Assembly: GCF_009914755.1 (NCBI RefSeq)
Contig: NC_060934.1
Length of the DNA: 64,000 nucleotides
Source of the DNA: the human T2T-CHM13v2.0 reference genome, Homo sapiens
Strand: one strand, 5' to 3'
Positions 1-13,558 of this stretch are shown piece by piece; position 1 is the stretch's first letter, and the number at the start of each line of letters is the position of its first letter. A program made the position numbers and the translations under genes. Under the pieces are notes generated by a model. The model had not been told where the DNA came from and ran no database searches. It saw nothing but the letters and a program-made list of their open reading frames with translations.

Positions 1-514
1 TATACAGGTACAAGCTGATGGATGAGACTATTAGCAATGAGAACCTCTTTATTGTTCATGTTGTTCACCCTGGAGAAGGAGCAAGGAGCAAAAGGTGACA
101 GTAGAAAGGGCTTATTACCTCCCCTGGTAACTAAGCATCACACAGAAAGAAAACTGCCCTCACCCTAATCTTACATTTTCAGGGGCAGTGTTTAAATTTT
201 TATTTTTAATTGAAGAGAATGCTTGAGTTTCTCCTAAAGGGAAAGTTACAAAGACTTATGAGTTTTGATGTACGTAAATGTACTGGAGTTTCAGAAGAAA
301 TTCATGATCCCAGTAGAATTCTGAGAGAGTTGCCAGTAATCATTTTGTCTTGAAGAATGACCATGACTGAGCAAATCAACACGGGCAAAACTAATGGGAA
401 AACGAACTCTTTCCAAAAGGATTAACAAACCCCTGATTCCCATGGAAGGAAGAACCTTGAAGGGGAGCCATCAAATGAAGGCATCAAATCTTGGATCTCC
501 AGCCAAAGACTTAA

Positions 515-1037
515 TGTCAGAGGCATTTGAACCAGAGCGACTCCCTTTTGAGTGGGGCTGGAAAATGAGGCTGGGACTTGCTTCCTGGGCTGCATTATCA
601 GAAAGTATGGCCTTCCTAGCCTCTACAGATGTTTATGGCCAAGGGAACAAATTAATAATGTTTACTAAACAGACCCAGACTTGGGAGTGTCCAGATATCC
701 CAATATCTGGAGAATAAAGGCATTCCTAATTTTGCTTTAAATATAATAATATCGATCCTTACAAAATATATTAATTAAGAAAATCAATCCTTTATCACAA
801 ACCCTTGAGCAGAACACATCTCCCCATATATACCAGCATTGTACCTAGGGTGGATGCGCTCCTCCTCTTACTTTCAGGAACGTCCTACTCTGTCTATGGA
901 GTAGCTGTCCCTTCACCTCTTTGCTTTCTTAATAAACTTGCTTTTGCTTTGTACTATGGGCTCACCCTGAATTCTTCCTTGAATGATATCCAAGAACGCT
1001 CTCTTGGCGTCTGGATCAGGACCCCTTTCCTGTAACA
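515..1037 (+). mobile_element. Solo LTR of the MER41 family (ERV1; MER41C/D-like)
   Basis: Starts TGTCAGAGGCATTTGAACCAGAGCGACT and ends ACCCCTTTCCTGTAACA (TG...CA). Internal AATAAA near 930. Flanks TTAA/ATAA resemble a 4-bp TSD. Matches recalled MER41 consensus. Confidence 0.9.
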
Positions 1038-1659
1038 ATAAGATCTGAGAGGCTGATAAGTTGCATGTTGAGAAATTCAGACCCCATGTCCTCTCTCGGG
1101 TTTCACACTGCAGCATCAGAGAGCTTGAATCTGCCCAATTGCAGCCACGACACTAGGAGTTATGGAAATGTATTTTCCATGGCTTCTCTTTCTTTTTCTG
1201 CTTCTTCCTTCCTCCCACTCTCCCACCCTCCTTCTCCTCTCTCTTAAATGTGCACAATAAAAATTATTAAGTCCAAAATATTTTCTTCTAAACTTAAAAA
1301 AAAAACCTCTAAGAAAATGTAATGCCTTCTCTGTTTATTACAAAAATTTGCAGTTTTGTGAAAACAGATTATATGGGTAGAGTTTTTACTTTATAAATAT
1401 CAATTAGTAGCCTAGTGGGTAGCATTTTCCTTTCTTTAGGGTTTCAATAAAAGCAAAGATGACTTTGTCTTAGAAACATTATATGTGGGAGAAGGCTGCT
1501 TAAGTTATTGGGTTAGGGAGAATCTTTGGCAATGCGTGTTCTAGATCAAGTTTGCCCAAGATATTTTAGCAGCCTTGGAAAAATGACACCCATTCCCAAG
1601 CCCATCCCCCTTGCCTACCAAGAACCTCAGCTCCCTCATTGCCCATTGATGATATTGAG

Positions 1660-1843
1660 CCATGGGTTTCCAACTGCTCCCTAGGGATTTGCGGATCTCC
1701 CTTCAGAGGCCGTGATGGAGAAGTGGACAAGGGAGAGTACAAATGCCGTGTTTCATTCTGAGTGATTTATTTCTGGTATTTCTGTTAACATTTTTATTTG
1801 AACAAAAGGTTTCTCCATCACAAAGAAGTTTGAAAACTACTAG
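1660..1843. mobile_element. Degraded hAT-Charlie MITE (MER112/MER113-like)
   Basis: End resembles Charlie termini (ATTTGAACAAAAGGTTTC...AAGTTTGAAAACTACTAG). Confidence 0.4.
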
Positions 1844-1924
1844 CTTAACTGATCATGAAATCAGTATCCTCCACCTCTAAAACTCTGAGATCAATGTGTC
1901 ATTAAAAAAAGGCTATGGCCAAAA

Positions 1925-2030
1925 ACCAAGACATCCAGGTTTAAATCCTCACCCATTATTTTCTAGTTGTGTGACTTCAGGACAGTTGTCAACCTATAAA
2001 ATGGATAACAACGTTATGTAAACCACATAA
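1925..2030 (+). mobile_element. MIR fragment
   Basis: GGTTTAAATCC...TAGTTGTGTGACTTCAGGACAGTT...TATAAAATGGATAA, the MIR core. Confidence 0.6.
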
Positions 2031-2273
2031 GGATGGAGGCTGAAAAAATTCTTGACATTCCATCCCAACTTTATTCCTTGATGATTCTATGGTACTTGGT
2101 GCTTTTTATTACAGACAATGTTTCTGGTCTCTCTTTAGGCTCCTGCCATTGGCATGCAGACAAGTATAAAGATTGTTCCCAGCAACGAGGATGTCCCACA
2201 CAGGTGCCCCACAGACAAATGTATCTGCAATGCTGCAGTCTTTGGTTTAACAGAGTATTTAAAATACTGGTTT

Positions 2274-4300
2274 ATCGGTAAAGAGAAAGTCAAACTGTCA
2301 CTGTTTGCTAACGATATGATTGTTTACATTGAAAACCCTAAGGACTCTTCTAGAAAGTTCCTAGAACTGATGCAAGAATTCAGCAAAGTTTCTGGATACA
2401 AGATTAATGTACACAAATTAGTAACTCTTCTATACACCAACTGTGACCAAGCAGAGAATCAAATCAAGAACTCAACCCTTTTTACAATTGCTGCAAAAAT
2501 AAATAAATAAATCACTTAGGAATATACCTAACAAAGGAGTCAAAATACCTCTACAAGGAAAGCTACAAAACACTGCTGAAAGAAATCATAAATGACACAA
2601 ACAAATGGAAACACATCCCATGCTCATGGATAAGTAGAATCAATATTGTGAAAATGACCATACTGCCAAAAGCAATCTACAAATTCAATACAAAGCCCAT
2701 TAGAATACCATGATCATTCTTCACAGAATTAGGAAAACCAATTCTAAAATTCATATGGAACCAAAAAAGAGCCTGTATAGCCAAAGCAACACTAAGCAAA
2801 AAGAACAAACCTGGAGGCATCATCACACTGCCTGATTTCAAACTATACTGTAAGGCCATAGTCACCAAAACAGCATGGTACTGCTTTAAAAATAGGAACA
2901 TAGACCATTGGAACAGAATAGAGAACCCAGCAATAAACCCAAATACAGCCAACTGATCTTCAACAAAGCAAACAAAAACACAAAGTGGGGAAATGACACC
3001 CTTTTCAACAAATGGTGCTGGGGTAATTTGCTAGCCACATGTAGGAGAATGCAACTGGATCCTCATCTGTCATACAAAAATCAACTCAAGATGGACTAAG
3101 GACTTAAACCTAAGACCTGAAACTATAAAAATTCTAGAAGATAACCCTGGAAAAACCCTTCTAGACATTGGCTTAGGCAAGGATTTCATGACCAAGAACC
3201 CAAAAGCAAATGCAATAAAAACAAAGATAAATAGCTGGGACCTAATTAAACTAAAGAGCTTTTGCACAGCAAAACGAACAGTCAGCAGAGTAAACAGACA
3301 ACCCACGGAGTGGGAGAAAATCTTCACAATCTATACATCTGACAAAGGACTTATATCCAGAATCTACAACAAACTCAAACAGCTTAAGAACAAAACAAAC
3401 AATTCCATCAAAAAGTGGACTAAGGACATGAATAGACAATTCTCAAAGGAAGATATACGAATGGCCAAAAACATGAAAAAATGCTCAACATCACTAATGA
3501 TCAGGGAAATGCAAATGAAAACCACAATGAGATACCACCTTACTCCTGCAAGGATGGCCATAATCAAAAAATCAAAAAACAGTAGATGTTGGTGTGGTTG
3601 CAGTGAACAGAGAAGACTTCTACATTGCTGGTGGGAATGTAAACTAGTACAGCCACTATGGAAAACATTGTGGAGATTCCTTAAAGAACTAAAAGTAGAA
3701 CTACCATTTGATCCAGGAACCCCACTACTGGGTATCTACCCAGAGGAAAAGAAGTCATTATTCGAAAAAGATACTTGCACATGCATGTTTATAGCAGCAC
3801 AATTCACAATTGCAACATCGTGTCAACATCCCAAATGCCCATCTGCAATTCACAACTGCAAGATCGTGGAACCAACCCAAATGCCCATCCATCAATCAGT
3901 GGATAAAGAAACTGTGAGATATATATATATATATATTTTACAGGCATACTACATAGCCATAAAAAGGAATGAATTCACAGCATTTGCAGTGACCTGGATA
4001 AGACTGGAGACTAATGTTGTAAGTGATGCAACTCAGGAATGGAAAACCAAACATCGTATGTTCTCACTGATATGTGGGAGTTAAGCTATGCAGATGAAAA
4101 GGCATAAGAATGAGACAATAGACTTTGGGGACTTGGGGGGAAGAGTGAGGGGGTGAGGGATAAAAGACTACCAATATGGTGCAGTGTATACCGCTCGAGT
4201 GATGGGTGCACCAAAATCTCACAAATCACCACTAAAGAACTTACTCGTGTAACCAAATATCACCTGTACCCCAACAACTTATGGAAAAATAAAAATAAAT
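2274..4300 (+). mobile_element. 5'-truncated L1PB1-like LINE-1 (3' part of ORF2 plus 3'UTR)
   Basis: Translates to [17 protein letters not shown] (degraded RT FADD motif). L1PB-type 3'UTR and A-rich tail. Degenerate TSD AAAATACTGGTT (2261-2272) / ACAACACTGATT (4301-4312). Confidence 0.95.
3188..4084 (+). pseudogene. Open remnant (298 aa) of the L1 ORF2p C-terminal region with the CCHC zinc knuckle; not a host gene
   Basis: [31 protein letters not shown]...[14 protein letters not shown] are L1 ORF2p motifs. Confidence 0.9.
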
Positions 4301-4312
4301 ACAACACTGATT

Positions 4313-4885
4313 GCTCCTCAAAAATTAAAACTAGAATTGCCATACGATCCAACAATTTCTGGGTTTATACTCAAAAGAATTGAAAATAGAGTCTCAAAAA
4401 GATATTTATGAACCCATGTCCATAGCACCATTATTCACAATAGCCAAAAGGTAGAAGCAACCCAGTGCCCATTGATAGATGAGTGGATAAACAAAATGTG
4501 GCCTATCTATACAATGGAATATTATTCAGCCTGAGAAAGGAAGGAAATTCTGATACACGCTATTAATACAACATGGATAAACTCTGAAGACAGGATGCTG
4601 AGTGAGATAAGCCCATTACAAAAAGATGTACTGTGTGGTTCCAATCACATGAGGTCCCCAAATTCACAGAGACAGAAAGTAGAATGGTGGCTGCCAGGGG
4701 CTGATGGGAGAGGAAATGGGAATTAATTGTTTAATAGGCATAGAGTTTCTGTTTAACAAGACGAAAATAGTAATGAAGATGGATGGTTGCATAACATTGT
4801 GAATGTATTTAATACCACTGAATTGTACAGCTAAAAGTGATTGCAATGGTAAACTGTATGTTCCAAATATGTTACTACAATTTTT
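4313..4885 (+). mobile_element. L1MB-type LINE-1 3' end
   Basis: ORF2 end-like sequence (GATGAGTGGATAAACAAAATGTGG, ACAATGGAATATTATTCAGCC) followed by an L1MB 3'UTR (AAATTCACAGAGACAGAAAGTAGAATGGTGG). Confidence 0.85.
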
Positions 4886-5066
4886 GAAAATGCTCTTTTC
4901 AGATATTCGTATTTGTAAGATACATTACCATTTCTGTTATACATAATTACATCTTAATTATCAAGCATGACCAAACATTTTGCCAATGTTCCTCAATTCA
5001 CTGAGAGTATCATCTCTTGTACCCTTTGGGTAGTCTGTTTAGAACCAAGGTAACAGATATGTTGGC

Positions 5067-5499
5067 CGTGTTAGTCAGCTCCGGCTGCTGTAACAGAGTA
5101 CCATAGACTGGGTGGCTTAAACAACAGACATTTATTTCTCACAGTTGGGAAGCTGGAAGTCCAAGGTCAAGCTGTTAGCTGGCTCAGTTCCTGATGAGGG
5201 CTCTCTTCCTGGTTTGCAGATGGCCACCTTCTTGCTGTGTCCTCACTCAGTTGAGAGAGAGAGCTCTGGTGTCCCCTCCCTGCCTTCTTCTCCTCTTCCT
5301 TCTCCTCTTCCTGCTTCTTCTTTTCCTCTTCCTTGTTCTTTATTTTCTAAGGACATTTATCCCATCTTGGGAGCCCCATCCTCATGACCTCATTTAAACT
5401 TAATCACCTCCCAAAGGCCCTATCTCTAAATACATCACATTGCAGGTTAGGGAGTCCACATAAGAATTTTGGGGGAACTCAAACATTCAGTCCATAATA
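5067..5499 (-). mobile_element. MLT1A-type MaLR solo LTR
   Basis: GCTGCTGTAACAGAGTACCATAGACTGGGTGGCTTAAACAACAG...ACATTCAGTCCATAATA. Perfect 5-bp TSD TTGGC (5062-5066, 5500-5504). Confidence 0.9.
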
Positions 5500-5857
5500 T
5501 TGGCTAAATTTGCGATGTAGGTTACAGGGGCAGTAAAAGTCTGCAAATCTTGAAAAGAAAATATGTTGAAGCACCCCAATATCTAAAGCCAAGATTGTTC
5601 TTTACTTCCAAAGTCAACCTCACCATAGTTCCAGGGACCCACATTACATTAGTAAACATGACTAGTGGTCTCAACAAAAATCTACCTGGATTATTAAAAG
5701 AAATCAATCAGATAATCCTTGGTTATTATCCAAATTTCCACAAAGAATCCTTTATTTCTTAGGTTGAAGTTTTGGGCCCCAAGAAATTAGAGCTATAGAA
5801 ATGAGGGGAGTGATGCTTTAAATGCTCATTAGTAATTGACATTTCTTCATAACCAGG

Positions 5858-6609
5858 CCCCATCAACCAACAAGTGGGCAAAGAAAATGTGGAACATATA
5901 CACCATGGAATACTACTCATTCATATAAAGCAATGAAATCATGTCTCTTGTAGCAACTTGGTTGGAGCTGGAGGCGATTATTCTAAGTAAAGTAACTCAG
6001 GAATGGAAAACCAAATGTCATATCGTCTCAGTTACAAGTAGGAGCTAAGTTATGAGGACATGTATTAGTCTGTTCTCATGCTGCCAGTAAAGACATACCT
6101 GAGACTGGGTAATTCATACAGGAAAGAGGCTTCATTGACTCACACTTTCACATGGCTGGGGAGGTCTCACAATCATGGTGGAAGGCAAAGGAGGAGCAAA
6201 GTCATATCGTACATGGTGGCAGGCAAGAGAGAGCTTGTGCAGAGGGACTGCCCTTTATAAAACCACATCTCATGAGACTTATTCATTATCAGGAGAACAG
6301 CATGGGAAAGACCTGCCCCCATGATTCAATGACCTTCCACCGGGTCCCTCCCATGACATGTGGGAATTATGGGAGCTTACAATTCAAGATGAGATTTGGG
6401 TGGGGTCACAGCCAAACCATATCAGGACACCAAGGCACAAGAATAACATAAGGGACTCTGTGACTCAGTTGGGGAACAGATGGATGGAGGTGAGGGATAA
6501 AAGTGTACACTGCTCAGGTGATAGGTGTACCAAAATCTAAGAAGCCACTATGAAAGAACTTATCCATGTAATCAAAACCCACCTGTACCCCAAAAACTAT
6601 TGAAATAAA
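5858..6609 (+). mobile_element. L1PB (PB3/PB4-like) 3' end, split by a THE1 LTR
   Basis: CCATGGAATACTACTCA...CAGGAATGGAAAACCAAA before 6060. The 3'UTR resumes at 6430 and ends AAAACTATTGAAATAAA. Confidence 0.85.
6061..6424 (-). mobile_element. THE1 (THE1B/C-like) solo LTR nested in L1PB
   Basis: TGTATTAGTCTGTTCTC...CCAAACCATATCA. Perfect TSD GGACA (6056-6060, 6425-6429). Confidence 0.95.
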
Positions 6610-8494
6610 GCTTTTTTTTCTAATGAGAAAAAAAAAATCAGGCCCTCTCTCCTTGCTTCTTCTGGGAGGTGTTGACAGGGTTCAACAGGAGGAAAAAGTG
6701 AAGAGAACACTGGTGCCTGAGAGGCAAGGAGGGAGGAGAGCAGCCCTATGGGCAGGGAGGGAGCTGGGAAAGAGAAGTGTGCTGGAAGGCCACACATTCA
6801 TGGCTAAATTCACACTTTATGCCAGGGTTGGCCCAAAAGTAACTCACTGTAGATGTACCTTCCAACAATAAAATGATCTCTGAATCAAGACCCTTGAAGT
6901 TTGTTTCACTAAGCATTGAAGAGTTTCTTTCCATCTTGAAGCTTAAAATGAGTCCTGAAGAGTAATCTAGATGCATTCAGAATTTCAACTCCTTTTCCAT
7001 GACATTCGGTTACTGTTTGGTGCCTTTAAACACACACACACGCATACACATGCTTGCACACGCCAGTGCATACACATGCACTGGCTCACACACAGATCCA
7101 CAGCCAAGTCTGTTGTTAGAGGGTTGCTTGCTGAGCTCTCTGGATTTTCACAGCATCACAGCACATTATTCACGAACATAATGAAACAAAGATTAAGTGG
7201 GAATTTTAAGCTTTGTAGGGTGAATGTGTTTCCATGAGGACAGGCAAATCTGGTAACAGAAAGTGACCAGAGCATGGGAAAAACTTGACTTATGGAATCC
7301 AAGCAAATCCTCCTTTTATCCTCACCCTAAGATTCTGGAAGTCAAGGCCTCATCAGAAAGCTAAATTTTAGTAAAGTCACACTATCAGCAGTAACAGTTT
7401 TCAATTACAAGCAGCTATTTCCAGAGTTCTAATGTTCTGCATTTGCCTTTTAGGGAGATTCTCTGGACCTTTAGACCAGTAAAAAACTAATCAACCTCCA
7501 TCATTTCATGTTGGGGCCAGGACAATGGCTCTCATGATGCCCAGGCTTAGAGACTTTGAGATGGTGTTTCCTTGATTGCTTATGGGAACCGTCCTGCAGA
7601 AGTATAATTTCATTTATTAGAAGCAGAGAGCTTATAAAGTCCTGTGAAACAACAGGTGCCAGAAGGAAAGCCAGACACTCTAATGAGCACTTGGAACTGG
7701 CTCTGCAGAAAGCAGAGATGCAATTGATGCCGTATGCATTTATCTTTAGACACACATCAATCAAAGCCTTCCAACCAGATTATCTCAGCATGCTACTGCA
7801 AACAGTTTTCATCTACAGTTATTGACGGTTTTGTTCCTAACCAAGAAAAAAAATGGAATGGAGAAAAATCATGGATAGTGCAAAGTCTTAGAACAGGTGC
7901 GTATATATGAAGTAGTTTAAAGGAAAAATAAATAATCAGAATATACCTGGTGACACTTCATTTGGTTTCTTGGAAAATAAAATGTTATACATAATGAAAT
8001 TTTCCATATAAGAGAAGGTCATTGATTCAAACTTACAACCTTAAAAATTGTATAGAAGTTGTGTGCTTGAGGAAAACTACAAAGTCATCTATGCTAAGGG
8101 AGATAACCTCCAAAAAATTAGAAGTACATTTGAAATCATATTCAGTATGTCTTACACCCTATAATGATAAGGGTGTTTAATATTAAAACAGGCAATACCT
8201 ACTTAGTAAACCGTTAACAAACTTAATTAAATAATTCATGTAATGTACCAATAGATTGAAAATTTTATTGGATACTACTTAATTACCATATTATTGCATT
8301 TCATTCATACCCATGGACATGGTATTTCTATTTCTACACAAGTAGAAGTAGTATTTTTTAATTCCCATGAATAAAAATTATTACCATAGGAAGGCAAATA
8401 ATAAGCATAAGAAAATATATATATGTTTTTATAGAAGGATAAACACAATGAACTTCATATGAAACACAATGAACTCTTGAAAAGAAAGCATCTT

Positions 8495-8732
8495 CCAGTC
8501 CAGGAAACATGGCAAAACCCCATCTCTACAAAAACAAAACTACCAAAATTAGCCGGGCGTGGTGGCAGAACACTGTGGTTCCAGCTACTCAGGAGGCTGA
8601 GGTGTGAGGAGCACCTGAGCCCAGGAGGTCAAGGCTGTGGTGAGCCGAGATCGTACCACTGCACTACAGCCATGGCAACAGAGTGAGACCCTGTCTCAAA
8701 AAAAAAAAAAAAAAAAAAAAAGGAAAAGAAAG
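8495..8732 (+). mobile_element. 5'-truncated AluJ-type SINE
   Basis: End of the left arm, full right arm and poly(A). 13-bp TSD AAGAAAGCATCTT (8482-8494, 8733-8745) shows the truncation happened at insertion. Confidence 0.95.
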
Positions 8733-9699
8733 AAGAAAGCATCTTAAAAAACAACTTTCTTAATTATATATATATATACATTACATAATATGTCATTATT
8801 ACAAAAGTTTATTTGTATTTCCCAGTTTGTGTCTGCACAGTTTGTGTTTCCTGTTTCTAGAGGAGAGAGAATGCTCTATTCCTTTCTAGGTTCCACTGGT
8901 AATCTCTTATGGGTAGAAGACCTAGTTTGTTAAGAATTTGTTGTAAATTACAGTTGACAGCCCTGTGTGAGAAACCAATGGACAAAGTGTAATGACTTCA
9001 CTGTAGGAGCTTTATTTCTTGAATTTAGGTCTGGGACCATGTTTTAGAGCGTTAAAATTTGGGGAAATTTGACTTCTAGTTAACTAGACTGTTACTTAAT
9101 GCGTTTTTCTTTTAATTGGAAATAACTTTGTGCCACTGAAGTATGCCTATGAGATCACAAACATCTTTTTTCTCTTGTGACCCTTGACTGGAATCAGACC
9201 ACCTGCTGAGATTCAACAATTGCTAAGAACAGCGGGGAAAGGAAAATAGATCTGCATCCCATCAACTTCACAGTTAAGGCCAAGCATTCTGGGATTTTTC
9301 TGGCGTGGTTTGCTGAACCCTGACCAGAATAAAGTCCAGTGGGATTGTGCCAGACATAATCAGGACCAACAGTCACTTCGACCTCTGTAAGCACCAGTGT
9401 TTGGAGGCAGCTGAGGCCTGGGGGCGTGGACGTGACTATTATGATGCTGTCCAAGTGCTTTTGGTTTTAGGAATGCTGGGATAGTGGATGTGTGGCTCTG
9501 GGATCATTTTACCCAAACAGAGATGTCATCACTGTGTCTTCTAAACAATCCTATCCCTGGAGCCTTTGGGATCTGTGCCAAAGCAGTTCTAACAATCATA
9601 ACCGCCAACACCAGCCAAAGAGCAGCCAAGCTAGACCTCAGTCCAGAGGAATAATTTACTGTAAGTATACATCGGGAACCTCCCAACAACAGCCATGGT

Positions 9700-9907
9700 G
9701 AAGGCAGAGGTTGGAATGATGCTTCCACAAGCCAAAGTATACCAAAGATTGACAGGACATATTCTCCCCCACAGCCTCCAAAAGAGCCAACCCTGCCAAC
9801 ACTAGATCTAGGACTTCTGGTCTTCAGAACTGTGAGTTGAGAGGTTTTCATTCATAAGCCACCTCATCTGTGGTATTTTGCTCCAGTAGTCCAAGCAAAC
9901 TAACACA
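9700..9907 (+). mobile_element. MLT1C/D-type LTR, 3' part
   Basis: GAGCCAACCCTGCCAACAC...GGACTTCTGGTCTTCAGAACTGTGAG...AAACTAACACA. Confidence 0.75.
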
Positions 9908-9964
9908 GCAACTGATTGTTTTTTTTTTTTTTTTTAAAGGAGTCAGAATTATATCCCAGGTTAT

Positions 9965-10257
9965 ACACTAGAATTACTGGGGGAAATGTGAAGCTTCTTG
10001 AAAAAATGGGAACGCCAAAAGACTGAGCCAGTTTGGAGAGAGATGATGAAGTCAGTCTTGATATGTTGAGTTCAGCAGTGAAAATAAATCCATGGAATTT
10101 CCAGTAAAAACCTGGAGATATAAAGCTTCAGTTCTAAAAAAGATTTTTTTTTCCTGGAAACTCAGATAGCAAAGATGTATAGTCTTTGTTTGTAGTTGAA
10201 ACCAAGGCAGTAGGTAAAATCTCCAAGGAAGAGTAGAGCAAGAAAACGAAAGGGTCA
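9965..10257 (-). mobile_element. L2 fragment
   Basis: GATGAAGTCAGTCTTGATATGTTGAGTT...GTAGTTGAAACCAAGG resembles antisense L2. Confidence 0.6.
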
Positions 10258-11076
10258 CACACTGCCCTTCTTGGTATCTGATCTATGAACAGACTTGGGA
10301 CAAAGACCGTGCCTTCTCAGTGCTGTTTCCTGCTCCCTGTCCTCAAAGCAGCTGCTGAGCCACCCCTTCCATGGCATCATGAGTATCCATGCAGGGACAG
10401 GAAGCAGACAGGCCACTGGGGGTGAATCTGGCCTTGGAGTTCACACCTGAGCTCCTTCTCCTCTAGCAAGTGATGAAAATGTCCAGGACTGAGTCAGGCA
10501 TGGACACAAGAGAACACCCCTGAGAATTCTCAGATCTGGGGAGGGGAACATGAAGCTCTGCTGAATTTCCTACCAGTGCAGCCATGGAAACTCAGAGCAG
10601 CAGGATTTTAATCTTAACATAGGTGGAATCTCATTTGTACTCAAAGGAGGAGCTAGCCTGGGGCATTGCAGTCACCATGCCCAGTATTAACATAAATATG
10701 GGATGAGAACACAAAGCAATGAAGAAAGTCACATAATGAAACAATTTCTAATCAACTCAAGCACTGTGAAAATACCCCAGACCCACAAGCCAGAAGGCCT
10801 GGATTCTGGCAAGATGAGACCTCCTCAGCAGTGTGGCACTGATAAATCATCTCAAAGCAGCACACTAACTCCACCAACAATGGAAGGGCTAACCGAGACC
10901 AGGAGTGCCAAGCCTAAAGCCTGCAGCAGAACCAGCCCATAGACCCAAGCTCTGCAGCTGGCATGGTGGTCAATATGCTTTTTAATTTGAAGGCCCTTCG
11001 GCAGGCTTCTGACAGGTCACTGCGGCCCCTACAACTACTGCATCCGCATCCTGCATGGCTGATTGATGGTCTCTAC

Positions 11077-11599
11077 TGACAGGCAGAATTCTAAAAGTGA
11101 ACCTCCTCTTGCCCTGGTTATTTAATCAACGGCTACTCTACTACCGCTGTGAAAGGGTTTTGCAGATGAAATTAAAGTCCCAAGTCAATTGACTTGAAGA
11201 TGATCAGATGGACCCGATATGATCACATGAACCTTTTATGGTGAAAAGGACTCCAAGCATCACTGTTAGTTAAAAGATGGAGGAGCTCCGTGGGAAGGGA
11301 TGTGGGCAGTGGATGGGAACACACAGCAGCCCCAGGCTGACAGCCAGCCTGGAGACAGGGACCTCAGTCCCACAGCCACAGGTAACTGAATCCTGCTGCA
11401 ACCACATAAGCTTGGAAGAAGAGCCCACGCCTCCAGAGGAGAACCCTGCCTGGTTGCCATCTTGATCCAACTGGAGCCCTGAAGCAGGAGCCCCGCTGAG
11501 CCCCGCTGAAGGCCACCCTGGAGAACTGCATGCTCATACATCATGTTGCTGGACGCGGCTACAGTGATGATCGTCTATGGTGCAGAACAGAAAACTAAC
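11077..11599 (+). mobile_element. MLT1E-type MaLR LTR
   Basis: GGCAGAATTCTAA...TTTTGCAGATGAAATTAAAGTCCC...GGCTGACAGCCAGC...GGGACCTCAGTCCCACAGCCACAGG. Confidence 0.8.
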
Positions 11600-13322
11600 C
11601 CCTCCCTTCAGGGTTTCTCATCTGAAACACTTGGATCTTTGAATCTTGAGATTGTAAGAAAATGACACCAAACAAACCTACAAAGCCCAGATCTTCTTTC
11701 TCCCAGGTGCCAAGGATTATTCATTTTCCCCTTGTTTGCTCACACATTCATTCACTCAACAAATATTTTTTGAAAACAGGCTATGTGCAGATCCCTGTTA
11801 TGTGAGGACTGCAAGGATGGGCATAGCAAGGTCAAGGTCACGTGGCACCATCAGTTCTATCACACAGGCTGCGGTGAGTTTAAGGTCTCTATCTTTTGCC
11901 CGTCTATCAGAGCCCTAAATTCTCATATTTACTGTTGTTCTCATAAAATCCAAGTACTGCGAGGCTAAAAGAAGCCACCATAAAGTTTTAAATGATTACA
12001 CACATCATGTTTTGATTAAAATCAGTGTTTTTTTGTGGGAACAAGAGTATATGTTTCTGAAATAATAAATTCCCCAAATGTATATCATTCCCAGGATCCT
12101 AACTCAAGGTACATTCTGTAGCCTCTTCTTATCTATGAGACACAGGAATAACCAACAGTGTCTGATATTTACTTTAAAGTGACCCAGATATGAAGCATGT
12201 TTTTAAATTCATCTTTACTATTCAGCTGTAGACATGTCTACACTGATTTCACATCTACATTTCTTAAAGGAGCCAGGGAGCAGGGAAGCAATTTCATATT
12301 AACAGCACTTGGAGTGGTGTCATCCCCATCAAAGCTCTTATTCTATTAAATTACACCAAAAAGATTAAAAAAATTTATTCTGTTTCGCTGACACCCATAT
12401 CAGATGTGATCAGCTTTCAAGTCAAAACATTATGTTTCTAATTATACTACAAATGTCCTGAGCTGGGAGAATCAACATGTTTCCTTTTCACTCTGCACCT
12501 CCTTCTCCTAAAACAAAGTGGCCTCAGCCAGGATTCAGCTGGCAGATGGGAGAATGATTCATAAGGTAGAGTGGGATTCAACTTGGCTTTTCCACGGACT
12601 GTCTGCAGAGAGCCAAAAGGAGCCAAAATGGGTTTGTTTCCACAATACAAGCAGTTTTCACAAAATGGCACACGGGGAACAGATACAAGGAGGAAGATGG
12701 CCTGATATTTTCTCTGCAACATGGCCTGTTTCTTCAATAGATAGATGCTATCTATAGTCAATAACCATTCCACACAAGATCAAGAAAGTTCCACACTCGG
12801 GCCTAGAAAAGCTGCCAGAGTCATCACTCACTGGTGCTTAAGAGCCCAGAATTCAGAGCAAGGCCCTTCAGAGCCCGGTTGAGAGAATCCTGTGATTGAA
12901 CTCATCTTCAGTCACAGAATCTGTTTTTAGAAAGAAGTATTCAGTTTTGCTTATGGTTTTTATAAAAATTCCTCCAATACCATGCTTGCATTACACAAAA
13001 ACGACCAGTTGAGTTCCTCCTACAGGACAGAGTGCACAGAATCGCAGGAACCTGTGGGCCTCTTGCAGACAGGCTGGTGATGGGGACTCCCTGCTGCCTG
13101 GAGTTGAACATGACCATCTGCCCTAGATATGGGGGTAACTGCCTCATTTTTAGAGGCTTCCCCTAAGGTCTATGCCAGGCCCTAATCATATTCACAGCAT
13201 AAAAAACAATGTTTCTTTGTGATTAACAGCCATTTCTCTTAAGGAGGTTTATTTCTTTAATTGCCACAGGTAACAGCTGGTCTTTTCATACCACACCTTG
13301 CAATTAAAAACTTCCTCTTCGG

Positions 13323-13558
13323 GGCCAAGTGTGGTGGCTCATACCTGTAATCCCGGCACTTTGGGAAGCCAGGGTTGGGGGATCTCATGAGGCCAGGAGT
13401 TTAAGACCAGCCTGGGTCATACAGTGAGACCCCATCTCAACAAAAAAAAAAATTGTTTTAAAACTTATCAAGGTGTAGCAGTGCACCTCTAGTCCCAGCA
13501 ACTCAGGAGGCTGGAGGGGATCACTTGAGCCCAGACCCCATCTCTAAATAATAAATAA
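13323..13558 (+). mobile_element. AluJ-type SINE with a deletion in the right arm
   Basis: GGCCAAGTGTGGTGGCTCATACCTGTAATCCC. The right arm jumps from GAGCCCAG to ACCCCATCTC. Confidence 0.9.

Noticed and set aside
2120-2270. Plus-strand exon after the acceptor-like TTTCTGGTCTCTCTTTAG
   Set aside because: No convincing donor and no recognisable peptide. The ORF simply runs into L1 sequence.
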